Translations under genes and position numbers: made by a program | From: Octopus sinensis | Taxonomy: Eukaryota | NCBI RefSeq assembly: GCF_006345805.1 | Contig: NC_043000.1 | Coordinates: 68,820,001 to 68,884,000 of the forward strand | Reading direction: 5' to 3' | Length of the DNA: 64,000 bases | Notes under the pieces: generated by a model | What the model was told of the DNA's origin: nothing | The model's database searches: none | Seen by the model: only the letters and a program-made list of their open reading frames with translations | Shown here: in pieces, positions 1-12,310 of the stretch | Numbering within the stretch: the stretch's first letter is position 1 | Layout: every line of letters begins with the position of its first letter

Positions 1-2564
1 TGAAATTGCTATATTTAATGTTTGTGATTAACTTCTCTACCTACATCAGAGATTTTGGGATATTTTTTCTTATTTCAGACAGTGTTGATTTAAAATCCCA
101 AACATGCTTTGCTAATAAAATCTTTTCAAGCTCAAGCTTCCAGCTGATGCTGTATGACAATTTGCAGAACTTAGAATTTTCAGTGTTGATGATAAGTGAC
201 TGCTTGAAAGTTATTGGCTATTTTGAAACTATATGATTATGTCTGCACAATGTGGAAGATACCAAAATTTCCCAATACAGTATTGTTCAAATATGTAAAA
301 ACATGAGCAAAACAACTTGCTACATAGTAATACTCAAACATTGTGTAATTACTCATCCTACATTATGTAGACATGAAAAAAATTAAATGCAAAGTGCAAA
401 TGTATTATTATTGAGCAGCTACTTGGCTATATATGGTCTGCCAAGAAAAAGACATGCTACAGTGATCCAATGCTTAAAGAACATTGTAACTAGATATCAT
501 GCCCTTAATGATCATATAATTATCAGTAATCTATAGCACAAATGGTACAGTTAGAAATTTTATAAGTTGTTAGTTTTATAATTAAATCTTTAGTTCAAAA
601 TTCTGTTTTTATGTTATACTTTAAAAAATTAATCTACAAACCTATGAAAAGTTGTTTAGAAAAAAAAATCATTTGATGAACTGGTGTGGCAAGCGAATAT
701 CAGTATGTGTATGTAGGTGTATACAAATTTGTACATATATATATATAGATAGATAGATAGATTTGGTGATGCAAACAGGAAAATAGAACTTAAAACGTGT
801 GTGTGTGTTATTACTATTTTTAATTTTATTATTATTAATGATAATAATCTTTAGAAGTTACTGACTTACCTAATAAACAGATTTTTCACAATGTATCCCA
901 ATATTACAATGAAGCCTTTGCCAGAAGTTTTAAGGATGAAATGTATAACATAGCAATACTTACCTCCCAGCTCCAATAAAAACACTTGGCTCAAATCTTG
1001 GTTCCTAAGGAAGTATTTCATATGAAACCATAAATATTACCTGGTAACAATATTGTCATCCTTTCATATACAGCTACCCCAAATTTTGACTTATTATAAA
1101 CACTTCTAAACTTAGTGACTAAAACAAAACTTAACTATGCAACTGCCCTAATCCCAGCAACTATCCTTCAGGATCTTGCTGCACAGCTAATGATATTGTA
1201 TACTAATGTTTAGTTACCATCAAAAGCTTGTGTCAGCATGACCTTACACACATTTAAATCAAAGTTTTATTTATACACTCATTCCTTTCAAAACCAGACA
1301 GACTTCTCTGGTTTTATACATTTGATCTTTAAAGGATTATTCAACACCTTAAATGGTACATAGGTTTCAGAACCAAAGAATAAAGTTGGTCATCTTTCCA
1401 CTCTGCTAACAATGGCCTATATTTTTCCATGCTTTAATTAGCTTGTGTTCCTTTACATTATTCTTTTATTTCTTTATTCATAAGTTATTACATATTCTTA
1501 ATTCATCTCCTAGCTAATAGTTTTTCATCTCATTCATTAATTATTGTAAATTCATCACCACTATCTCTGTATTGATGCCAAAAATCATTAGCATTATTTT
1601 GTTTTGACTTTGATTTGGTTACTATTTTCACCAACTTAATCCACATTTCATCTTTCAGTCATTGTACTCACTCTTCTGAAGAATATTAAGTTATTCGTTA
1701 ACTTCACAGTGAGAGACCCCTCAGGAGGTTAGCATGTGGTGTTAGATTTGGTTTTAAACACTAACATCTTTATATTATTATAGTAAAGTGTAGAGAGAGT
1801 ATTTCTGCCTTCATTATGTTGCTATTGAGTAAATAAATGTGTGTTGTGAAGGCTTGATAGCAAAAAATGTTATTATAGTAATGTTCGCAGGAACTTTAAA
1901 TGTCCTGACATAAATTATGTCCAGGTTAAAAAAAAGATACCAGTTCATCAGTTACCAGAAAATGGGTTATGTATGTGTATGTGTGTAGAGGGGTAGCTGA
2001 AATGGAAGAAGCACAGGTCCAGTGGATCGTATGTCATTTAAGAAAACAAGTCAAAGCTGAAATAGATCAAAATATTTATGATTGCATACTGTCTCAAACA
2101 ATCAGTATTGACAAAAAAATAATCATTGATGGGTCATTCACAGGAGGCAAAAATAGATGTGGAAATTGTATCAAAAGTTAATGGCAGTCATGAGAAAATT
2201 AGGAAAACAAATGTTATTCATTAATACCCATGCAATCTCCCATAGAAAGAAATCACAGATGAACTGTATTCAAGATAAATGGCATTTGACAGACACTTCA
2301 GTGAAAAAGTAGCTTACATTCATATGTGTGTGTATTGAAATCGCTTGACAGTAGTAAAAATGAGCATCACCATCTTGCTGGTAGTGTTCTTCATTTCCAG
2401 TCTTCAATGGAAAGATGCCTGACAATGGGGAAATATTACATTGCTTAGAACAGGTGAGGGCTGGTGACACGAACAGTATCCAGCCATAGAATTTCTGCCT
2501 CAGCCAATTCCATTCAACTCATTTGAGCATGAAAAAATGGACATTGAAACAATGAATGATGATG

Positions 2565-2625
<61 letters not shown>

Positions 2626-3312
2626 ATGTATATGTGCATACATGCACATACAAGGTGATTCTAAGTCTCTTAGCATAAACCAGTCAGCAACCAAGAAAGA
2701 GAATGGATGAGAGTTTCTATGGAACAAAGTGCTGAAGTTGGTCCAAGATTTATGGCTGCTACATGGTTCTAACCAGACATAAGGGGACATGGTTGTGAAA
2801 GATTTTATGGATCTATTCATATTATTCAAAGAGACAAGCCTCAAAAGACTGGGTAAACATTAGTATAAGAGGACAGCACCAAATAGCTAGAAGAGAAGCA
2901 AGATATCAGATGTAGTTAGTTGTAGGAAAAGCAGAACGGAAGAAGGCTTACACATGCTGTGCAATGTGAAGACCAGATACTTGAGATATTTTATATTACA
3001 TGGCAATGTACTAGAGAGAATCTAGATATGTTCTGAGAAGTGTGCATAAAATGATGATGGCATGTGTGCCCTTAATGATACTGAAAAATAAAAGGTATGG
3101 AAGTACTATCACAAGAGGTTGTTGATTGCATAAAATTAAGAGAATTTGCATCAAGTACACTCGAAAGAGCAATCAACCAACAGTATGCTTGCAGGTGCAG
3201 TTAAAGGATTACTGCAGGAGCATCAGCATTAGATGCTGAGATGCTATTATTATCAAGTGAAGTAAGCCAGGGAAATTTATGCTGTCATTGAGGATATAGT
3301 TACCAGAAACAA

Positions 3313-3900
3313 ATGTCTCACAGAACTCGAATGATTTCTACTCAAACAAAAATTTTGGAAAATGGTATGCAACATGCAAAACAACTGCTTATAGAACAAT
3401 TTAGAGCAATTCATGAAAAAGGAACACTCAGCCATATCATACATTTTAACAGTAACACACAATCCATGTCATTAAAATATTTTAATGTCTCCAAATCAAA
3501 CTAACAAGCTCAAAGATTTAATTACTCATCAAACACTTGTTCAAAAGAAAAGGCAACTGAAAAACTTGAATGTTGTTTACTAATGCAAAAATTACCCTCA
3601 ACAACAATAATAAAATGTTCATGGTATACAAATGCAATGACAGTTATTAGGTACATGTCAATTCATAAATACTAGTCAGTATATCAACACAAAAAAAGAA
3701 TATTCCCAAATGCAAATATGATCTGTAAAAACAGAAATCTTTTCTATTGCATCAAATGTCTGAATTGTGAAGAAATATGTACTGACCAAACAGGCAACTC
3801 ATTACCGGAATGCATGAGAATACCAACCACAAATTAGAGACACTAACATTCTTCAGATTCCATTAAGCAATCATTTAGAAACATATAATAACAAAATGCT
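3313..3900 (+). mobile_element. Decayed Penelope-like retroelement fragment (RT-EN linker plus GIY-YIG endonuclease start)
   Basis: Translation near 3725-3835 gives KNRNLFYCIKCLNCEEICTDQTGNSLPECMRI, matching the PLE endonuclease pattern N(L/V)IYCIxCxxC...YIGQTG...RxxxH. It is interrupted by stops and frameshifts. Confidence 0.55.
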
Positions 3901-5280
3901 TTTAATATTTCCAAAATAGATTTGAATTTCATCTTATTAAAAAACAGTATTAATATTAATTTGAACGTTAATTTCATTTAAATGTATTTGAGATAGGACT
4001 ACTGTTTGTTGTATCAGGTGTTTCTCAGCATCTGATTGTAGCTGAATCCTCCATCAGTGACTGATTGGTTAAAATGTTTCTATAAATAAGCTCTGTTAAT
4101 GGCAATTATGTTACCAAATTACTAAAACTGTGACATCGAAGGCACAGGCTGATTGGTTAAAATGTCTTTTGTTAGCCTCAGTCTGATAGAGACTATCAGA
4201 AGGTATTTAAAGGGGAAAAAACCAGCCATTTTACTACAGTTGCCAATAGTGAAATACATTAGCAGTATGTTAATGCCACTATGTAAACAATCTCCTGAAG
4301 ATTGTTATAAAACATGAAAGCACTTGTAAAATACAACAATAAAAGTGACAAATCAATATTGCAATCTGATTGACAAATACACACACACACACACACACAT
4401 ATAACACTTTTAATCTATGGTTATGCAAAGCTTATCAAGGTTATAAAGCTTTTTACTCAGTAATGCGGATAATAGTCAAAGCTACATAGATATTGGAGTC
4501 TGGCACCTGTCTCTGAGAGTTTATTGCCCCAATAGATTTTTAACTGTTAGCCCAGTGACCAGTGGAATACTGGTGTTAAACACACTACTCAGTCACTCAA
4601 TTTTGCTTAATTAAATTTAAGTGGTTCATTTCAAATAATGGCAAAACACTTTTCAATTATCTATTATAATTTGCATGAAATTTGGCCAGCTTGTGTAGTA
4701 TAACTACTAGTGACATTACTTAGGTGGTGGATATTTTACAGGAACTAACATAGTTTTACCATTTACCTGAAATGTATTTATTGATTTGCTTGTATATTAC
4801 AGTATAATATACTGTAATGTATTAGAAATGTTGGTATGAAGTATACTGTAGGTAATATTAATTTGTAAACTTGGTCTTGCTTTATAAGATGATCATGGGT
4901 TCAAATTGATTATATCACTCTTTGGTCTTGTGCATTCTTCAGTAGAGTTATTCATTTGATTATATCAGTAGGAATGTTTCATTCATAGTTGGGTGCTATA
5001 GGTGGCATTTTTACAGAACACATTTATTAGAGAGGCATTTTATGTATGTGTGTATTATCCATTTTTCCATGCTAGCATTGGTTTGCCAGATATGTTAATC
5101 AAGCAGTGTTATACAACTGGGTGCTCTTCCTGTTGCTAACCCTTACCTGTTTTTGAAGTAAAAGATCTCATTCCACACAGCTTTGAAGGTGCAAAGCAAG
5201 TAACCAATTTATTGGACTTTTGTAGAAATGGGGGCTCATCTAAACATACACATGTTCATGTGCATGCATGCACACACACA

Positions 5281-5423
5281 ACAGGTTTCACTTGCTTTCC
5301 ATCTATTAAGTCCATTCACAAGGCTTTGTTCAGTCTGAGTTTATGAAGACACTTGCCTAATGTGATGCTCAGTGGGACTGAACCTAAAACCATGTGATCA
5401 GGAATTGAATTTATTAACCATAC
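5281..5423 (-). mobile_element. Decayed 5' half of CORE-type tRNA-derived SINE
   Basis: Similar to the 5' half of the better-preserved copy at 55882-56258 (cacaaggctttg...gaagacacttgcc...cagtgggactgaacc). Confidence 0.6.
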
Positions 5424-5504
5424 AATCATTTTTGATAACCTTCCTATTAATCCAGCTCCCCAAATGTATCAATAGGATTCAGTTGAAAATACTAATTAAT
5501 AATA

Positions 5505-5960
5505 CCCCTGTTCGAAGGTTATAATGGACACAGGTTTATGTGTCACATAGCTAGCAAGAGATGATGGCCTCTTGGAGCTAATCAATGGTAGCATTCGTCC
5601 TATTTTCCTAAACTGCCATGTTGGCTTGGTGATAACTATTAATATCCAGTACCGCTGCTGTAGTCTCCTAGAGAGATTTAGAAATATTAATATTTCTATT
5701 TTTGAAAACCAGTTGATGTCTTCCACTGAATTTAGCTAAATAATCCTGCAAACAGACGGTCAGCAGCAACACCTGCTGGGTCCAGCTGGTCTACATTGAT
5801 AAGGGGCAAATACCCCGAAACTAGTCTGTAGATGCCAGACCAGCAAGGGGAAGCGTCTGACCTCCCCTGTTCGAAGGTTATAATGGACACAGGTCCGTGT
5901 ATCACCTAGCTAGCATTTGTCCTATTTTCCTGGACTGCTCTGTTAGCTTGGCGTTAACTA

Positions 5961-5967
<7 letters not shown>
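5505..5967 (+). mobile_element. Retrozyme-like / PLE pseudo-LTR element: ~1.3 copies of a 359-bp unit containing a hammerhead
   Basis: Direct repeat CCCCTGTTCGAAGGTTATAATGGACACAGGT...TAACTATTAATAT at 5505-5645 and 5864-5967 (offset 359; the second copy lacks ~35 bp). A hammerhead motif lies in between, and the element ends in a (TA)n tract. Confidence 0.7.
5785..5844 (+). ncRNA. Type I hammerhead ribozyme, U3-A8 core variant
   Basis: TCTACA-TTGATAA-GGGG(caaata)CCCC-GAAAC-TA-GTC-TGTAGA. Stem I is a perfect 6 bp (5790-5795/5827-5832), extended by GCTGG/CCAGC after a 7-nt bulge. Stem II is 4 bp, stem III is the palindrome ACTAGT, and the GUC cleavage site is at C5826. Confidence 0.85.
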
Positions 5968-6030
<63 letters not shown>

Positions 6031-6050
6031 ATATATATATATACACAATA

Positions 6051-6113
6051 TCATCATCGTTTAACATCCGTTCTCCATGCTAGCATGGGTTGGACGGTTT
6101 GACCGGGGATCTG
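6051..6113 (-). mobile_element. 63-bp 3'-terminal fragment of the RTE LINE family (inverted relative to 7851-7913)
   Basis: Reverse complement matches 7851-7913 with 1 mismatch, including the start of the (GAT)n tail. Confidence 0.9.
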
Positions 6114-6151
6114 ATATATATATATACACACAATATATATATATACACAAA

Positions 6152-6182
<31 letters not shown>

Positions 6183-6318
6183 ATATATACATACATATAC
6201 AATATATATATATACTTGGAAATGGATGCGTGGCATTCAGTCATATAATAATATACATAAAATGTATATATATATGCATATATACATACATATATGTACA
6301 TACATATATATATGTATC

Positions 6319-6467
6319 TACTCTTTTACTCGTTTGCTAGTTTCAGTCATTTGAATGTGGCCATGCTGGAGCACTGCCTTTAGTCGAGCAAATCAACCCC
6401 AGGACTTATTCTTTGGAAGCCTAGTACTTATTCTATCAGTCTCTTAGGCTAAACCGCTAAGTTACAG
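6319..6467 (-). mobile_element. 3' half of CORE-type SINE
   Basis: Aligns to 55882-56035 (tttcagtcatttga..ggccatgctggagcac..ccccaggacttattcttt..ccgctaag). Confidence 0.85.
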
Positions 6468-6499
6468 GTAATGTGTATATATATATTATATACACATTA

Positions 6500-7925
6500 C
6501 GCTGAAAGTGTAACTGCTAGAATAAGAATAGCCTGGGCAAAGTTTAGGGAGCTCTTACCTCTGCTGGTGACTAAAGGCCTTTCGCTCAGAGTAAAAGGCA
6601 GACTGTATGATGCGTGTGTACGAACAGCCATGCTACATGGCAGTGAAACATGGGCTGTGATTGCCGAGGACATGCGTAAGCTCGTGAGGAATGAAGCCAG
6701 TATGCTCCGATGGATGTGTAATGTCAGTGTACATACTCGACAGAGCGTTAGCACCTTGAGAGAAATGTTGTACCTAAGAGGCATCAGTTGTGGTGTGCAA
6801 GAGAGACGATTGCGCTGGTATGGTCATGTGGCGAGAATGGATGAAGATAGGTGTGTGAGAAAGTGCCAATCCTTAGCAGTTGAGGGAACCCGTGGAAGAG
6901 GTAGACCTAGGAAAACCTGGGACGAGGTGGTGAAGCACGACCTTCGAACTCTAGGCCTCACTGAGGAAATGACCAGCGACCGAGACCTTTGGAAATATTC
7001 TGTACGTGAGAAGACCAGGCAGGACAAGTGAGCCCAGCCCACTTATGAATGCCTTTCCTCCCTTGGACACAAAGACCTGTTGAGGCAAGCGAAGTCGATA
7101 TAGAACCTCATCCGACGACAGGCACCCATGCCAACCCCCTTTGCTTGCGAAGACATGTTGGGGCAAGCGAAATCGAAATCGAAATCGAAGTCAAAATCTA
7201 ATTGAACCAGCCAGGATCCCTGGTCTGGTGGTACGTAAAAAGCACTATCCGACTCGTGGCCGATGCCAGCACCGCCTCCACTGGCTTCCGTGCCGGTGGC
7301 ACGTAAAATACACCAATCTGACCGTAAGACAGGCACCCATGCCAACCCCCTTGCTTGCGAAGACATGTTGGGGCAAGCGAAATCGAATTGAACCAGCCAG
7401 GTTCCCTGGTCTGGTGGTACGTAAAAAGCACTATCCGACTCGTGGCCGATGCCAGCGCCGCCTCCACTGGCTTCCGTGCCGGTGGCACGTAAAATACACC
7501 AATCTGACCGTACAACAGGCACCCATGCCAACCCCCTTGCTTGCGAAGACATGTTGGGGCAAGCGAAATAGAAATCGAATTGAACCAGCCAGGATCCCTG
7601 GTCTGGTGGTACGTAAAAAGCACCATCCGACTCGTGGCCGATGCCAGCACCGCCTCGTCTGGCTTCCGTGCCGGTGGCACATAAAATACCCCAATCCGAC
7701 CGTGGCCGTTGCCAGCCTCGCCTGGCACCTGTGCAAGTGGCACGTAAAAAGCACCCACTACACTCACGGAGTGGTTGGCGTTAGGAAGGGCATCCAGCTG
7801 TAGAAACACTGCCAGATAAGACTGGAGCCTGGTGCAGCCTTCCGGCTTCCCAGATCCCCGGTCAAACCGTCCAACCCATGCTAGCATGGAGAACGGACGT
7901 TAAACGATGATGATGATGATGATGA

Positions 7926-7929
<4 letters not shown>
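6500..7929 (+). mobile_element. 5'-truncated RTE-clade LINE (RT C-terminal region, long 3' UTR, (GAT)n tail)
   Basis: The open frame 6501-7031 contains RTE motifs RIRIAWAKFRELLP, LYDACVRTAMLHGSETW, RRLRWYGHVARM and RGRGRPRKTW. The 3' UTR ends in AAACGATGATGAT. CpGs are intact, suggesting a young copy. Confidence 0.92.
7117..7703 (+). repeat. Three tandem ~186-211 bp units within the RTE 3' UTR
   Basis: Unit (G/A)ACAGGCACCCATGCCAACCCCC... starts at 7117, 7328 and 7514. The length difference comes from variable (AAATCG)n copies. Confidence 0.95.
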
Positions 7930-7970
<41 letters not shown>

Positions 7971-9404
7971 TATATGGGTACAGAACATCACAAAACGTAA
8001 ACAATATGAAATTTGGGTATACAGACAACAAGAGGAACAAATGGAAAACAAGACAAGTAACATAAAGAACAATCCTTCATCAGTTGTCTGCTGTCCATCT
8101 CCTCATTTCACTCATTTAATGACAAAATGAGACTTCGAAAATCAGTTGCTCCCATGAACCAAAATAAAATTTGGGATTTGCATAGGGTCAAAGTTGGTAA
8201 CAAAAAACAGGACAGTGGAGATATACATCAAACCAAACAAAAACAAACATGGAGGGCCATTAGGCCTGACAAGGTAAGGTAGTGAATACTGGAGGAATAT
8301 TGTCTTTGACAAGAGTGAAAATAGAAGAGGAGACATATAATTATGCATTTGGGCTGTACAGCAGGCTGAATGAAAAGAAAGATGATCACGTGAGGTAAAA
8401 AAAAATGGACGATGGTCACATGTGAGCAACGAGAGAGAGTATAGGAGAAAGAGAGAAAACGGTGAAGGGGAAAAAAAGACTTAGAGAAAGGATGAGAGAG
8501 AAAACGAAAGGAGGCAAGTCGCATCAAAATTATTAAGATAAACTTACTTGGAAATGGATGCATGGCATTCAATCATATAATAATATAAATAAAATATATG
8601 TATGTATGTACTTATATATATATATACGTATGTATATATATATATATATATGCATATTTGGGTACATGAAATATGTTGTTGAACCTCAGAGGAGATGAGA
8701 AAGGACTGAGATAGATGGCAATTTGCCATACTTGTGAAGACCTATTCATCTCGGCAAGAATGAGGTCCCAAAAGCATATTGGCAATGTCTATACCTCCTT
8801 CCCCAATACTTATTTTGTACCTGTTAAATTTTCCTAGCAACTAACTTTTGTAATAAAACCCTCCATTCTTCCTCTGACTCCAGCACTATTTCTCCGCTGC
8901 TGTAATAATATGAAAGCAGAACTGCACATATTCTTCCTTTTTGTACTATCAAGAATCCCTTGTTTTCAAACTGCTGTCCTTGTCACCCATCTCACACTCC
9001 CAATATCATCCCTTACCATTATATGTCTACTGAATGCTCTCTCATCTCTGCCATCAACACCCACTTTATGTAACTCACCTTATCTACCTCTGTGTACATG
9101 TTTCCCCACCACACTTCACTTCATTCCCCCTACCAACCCACCCAGCCATCCTCAATTCTCTGCCGCTATTCCCTCTTTCCCACTTTCTTATGCCTTGAGA
9201 GTACTCCCTGACACCTCATCTCCACCATCTTGTCTCCTTTTTCTGCTAGTGTACCCAGCAAGATACCTGTTCTTGTCCTTCTCTCCTGCTTTAGCTTTTC
9301 TACACCTTGCAGAAAACCACCTCACTCATTACTGCATCCCCACTTTGTCAAGGGATCTTGTCTTGTGAGTCATTTGGTAATCCCACACCTCTCTCTCTAG
9401 TGCT

Positions 9405-9580
9405 GGTGCCATGAGATAAGCACCCAGTATACTCTGTAAAGTGGTTGGCACCATGAAGGGCTTCCAACCATAGAAACCTTGCCAAAGCAGACACTGGAGA
9501 CCAACAAGTCCTCAGGCTAGCTGGATCCTAAGGAACCATGCAGCCCATGCTAGAATGGAATACAGCAATTAAATGATGTT
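9405..9580 (+). mobile_element. Decayed RTE 3'-tail fragment
   Basis: aagcaccca..actct..agtggttggc..gaagggc..cca..tagaaac, similar to 7750-7910. Confidence 0.7.
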
Positions 9581-12204
9581 GATATATATACAAACACACA
9601 TAAAATGCTAAGTAAAATAGCATCATCAATAAATTAGCAGAGTAAATATCTGCCTGTCTTCAATTTCCATTCATTTCTACTTTTTCCACATTTTTGAGCT
9701 TGACAAACTGAGTTTGGGGGTTTGATGTATAATGTATTCAAATAAAATACCTGGAGGCTATGATGCTCCAGCATGACCACAGTTGAATAACTGAAAGCAG
9801 TAAAAGCTTTATAGAATTTTATATACATGTATATAATTGCTTCCTTTCTGTATCAGTGATCACTCATTTTTTTTTATATTCTTTCCACCCCCATTAGTTT
9901 CCTCTGGTTTCTCTCTCTCTCTCCACTTCCCACCCTCAAACTTTATATCTATACTTAATATTCTTCAGTTTATTTTTCTCTTCTTCTTCACAAATCCCTT
10001 TCATATATTCTTCTATTCCTGTCTAAGCTGTTATTAAAATGACTTCCTATTTTGTATTATATATTCTTTTCACTTTTCTCTCTCTCCCTCCCTCTCTGTT
10101 TCTCCTTCTCTCTCTCTCCCTTTTTGCCATCTTCTCTGTTTCTCTTTCTCACTTTTCCCCTCCCTCTCTGTTTCTCTTTTTTTACTGACCAATCAACCAA
10201 TCCAAGCAACCAATAGCCATTAGGACAACTACAAGCTACTAATTAAATCACCTACTGCTAGTTGTGAGCTATTGAGGTACCAAAGAAATGCAGTGAGAGT
10301 TGAATGTACAGCCTTAACACAACTGCTCTGCTTCAGTATCTTGTGTGTTTTTTGGCTGCTGCTTTCACTGCTATTATTGTTGCTCCTAAGATTCTCTTCA
10401 TTTCTTACTAGAGAAGCCACCTACTTCAAGTTAAAGTATGTTTTTTGTAATCTTTCTTACCCTTTTTTTAAACATTCACTCTTGTTCTTTAATTACAAAA
10501 AAAAAAAAAAAAAAAATGAACAAATAGTAAAAGGGTTATGTGAGTGTATGCATTCATAAAATATGTATTTTTTTCACAATGGATGTATTACTTTGTTTGG
10601 CCAGTCTTCTTTCCCCCACCCCGTTTTGTTTTTCTTTTTATTCTCACTTCCTCAATCTCTATTTTACTCTGTCTTTCTCTCCATGTGTCTATTTATCTAT
10701 CTATCTATGCACAGGAATATAGTTTTTTTCTTTTTGTTTGTTTCTTTATTCTGCATGCTTTTCTGTATCATTTTTAAAGTGTAATTCTTTTGCTAAAACT
10801 TCCAATACATTATATTATTGTATTATAGAAATAATTAAACCAGTCTAATGTTTATCAATGGAAAAGTTTCAATTATTTCTTATCTAATCCATTGTTTAAC
10901 AAATGAAGGGGGAAATTTTCATAAATAACCTACTTTTATGCATGCTGGAATGATAAAGGCACTATTTGTTGTGTACATCATTAATTTCCTTTAAATACAT
11001 ATCTGTAATGTTTATATTATGACTGGATCCCTTTGTATAGTCTTCAAATGTATAGTAACTTATGCGCTAAATGTAGTCGCATTGTTAATCTCCTGCTGTT
11101 TCAGTCTTTGGACTGTGACTCTGTTGGGGCATTACCTTTATGCTTAGTTAATCATATCAGACTTAGTACTTATCTTTTTTTTATTTAACTTCTGGTACTT
11201 ATTTCATTGTTTTGTTTGTCAAACCCTAAATATTATCACAGATGCACACAAATGCATATGTCTCATATACTCACACCAGACATGCTTCTTATAGATTTTG
11301 CCTTAACACATTTCACTCTGAAGGATTGGGCTACCAAGGCTATAATAGAAGTCCTTTGTCCAAGATGCTATGCTGTTGAACCAACCCTGAAACTGCATGT
11401 TAGCAAAGCAAACTTCTTAAACCAGATTTGGATCCCTAAAATTTTCAGTGACTTTTCTATTATACCTAATTGTGGTGGTGGTGGTGGTGGTGGTTCTTGT
11501 TTAGCCCAAGTCAGCTATAATTAAACAGACTATAATTAAACATCCAAACATGACAATCTTGTTTTAAATGTATTCCTTTTTTTTAAGACACTAGGATGTG
11601 ATTTGAAAGAAATATAGCTGTTATCTTTAATCATTTGTGCATCCATGTAGCAGCTCTATCAATAGTCCATTCTGATATATATTTGTAAAATTCTGAAACC
11701 CCATTTCCTATAACAGTATATCTGACAAGGTTCAAACCGGTCTCATGTAAACTGTCAATTATTATTCTCTGCCAATGAATTACCATGCTTCTGCTCACAC
11801 TAATACATTGTTACTAGAATAAATACATCTAGACATTCACTTTCACATAAGCTCACAAATGTGGCAGTATGTAAATGTTTTAGTCTTAAGTAGAAGTATT
11901 GGTTGGTGTATTAATTTCAAATTTCATATTTTGTATTTATCTGAGCTTTTATCAATATATTTTCCAATCAATTTTGTATTTTGATAGGCATATGTGCTAA
12001 TATTTAGGCTAGAATAGTTTGATTTTGTTTTTCTGTGACTTTAGTCCTAACTTAAAGTTTTAATATTTTTATCTGCTGTGACAAACTCCTCTAGGTTTGA
12101 TATAGAAGTATTTCTTAATTACATTAACTTCCCCTCGGGGTCATACTATTAAAATAGAAGGCGGAAGGTTTTCATTTTATTTAATATGAATAAACATATC
12201 CTTG

Positions 12205-12310
12205 TGGGCGGGGGTCAATAAAATAAGTACCAGTTGAACACTGGGGTCAATGTAATTGATTTCCCCCTCCCCCACAATTGCTGGCCTTGTGCCAAAATTT
12301 GAAACCAATA
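12205..12310 (+). mobile_element. Partial tRNA-derived SINE (family with ggggtcgataaa-taagtaccag core)
   Basis: ggggtcaataaaataagtaccagttgaacactggggtcaatgtaat...ggccttgtgccaaaatttgaa. Confidence 0.75.

Larger units (their letters stand above)
6213..8666. repeat. ~684-bp tandem non-autonomous repeat (PLE pLTR-like), interrupted by a SINE and an RTE LINE
   Basis: TACTTGGAAATGGATGC...CATATAATAATATA occurs at 6213 and 8545, and TGCATAT(A/T)TGGGTACA at 7967 and 8651. The A-rich/GA-rich body resembles the repeat at 52-53 kb. Confidence 0.5.

Noticed and set aside
7117-7703. Regularly spaced repeats that might suggest a CRISPR array
   Set aside because: The units are whole 186-211 bp duplications without unique spacers, in eukaryotic DNA with no cas genes.
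7043-7887. Long overlapping ORFs (169-229 aa) with internal repeats
   Set aside because: They lie in the triplicated GC-rich 3' UTR of the RTE LINE and are open on both strands because of repeat composition. They do not resemble known proteins.
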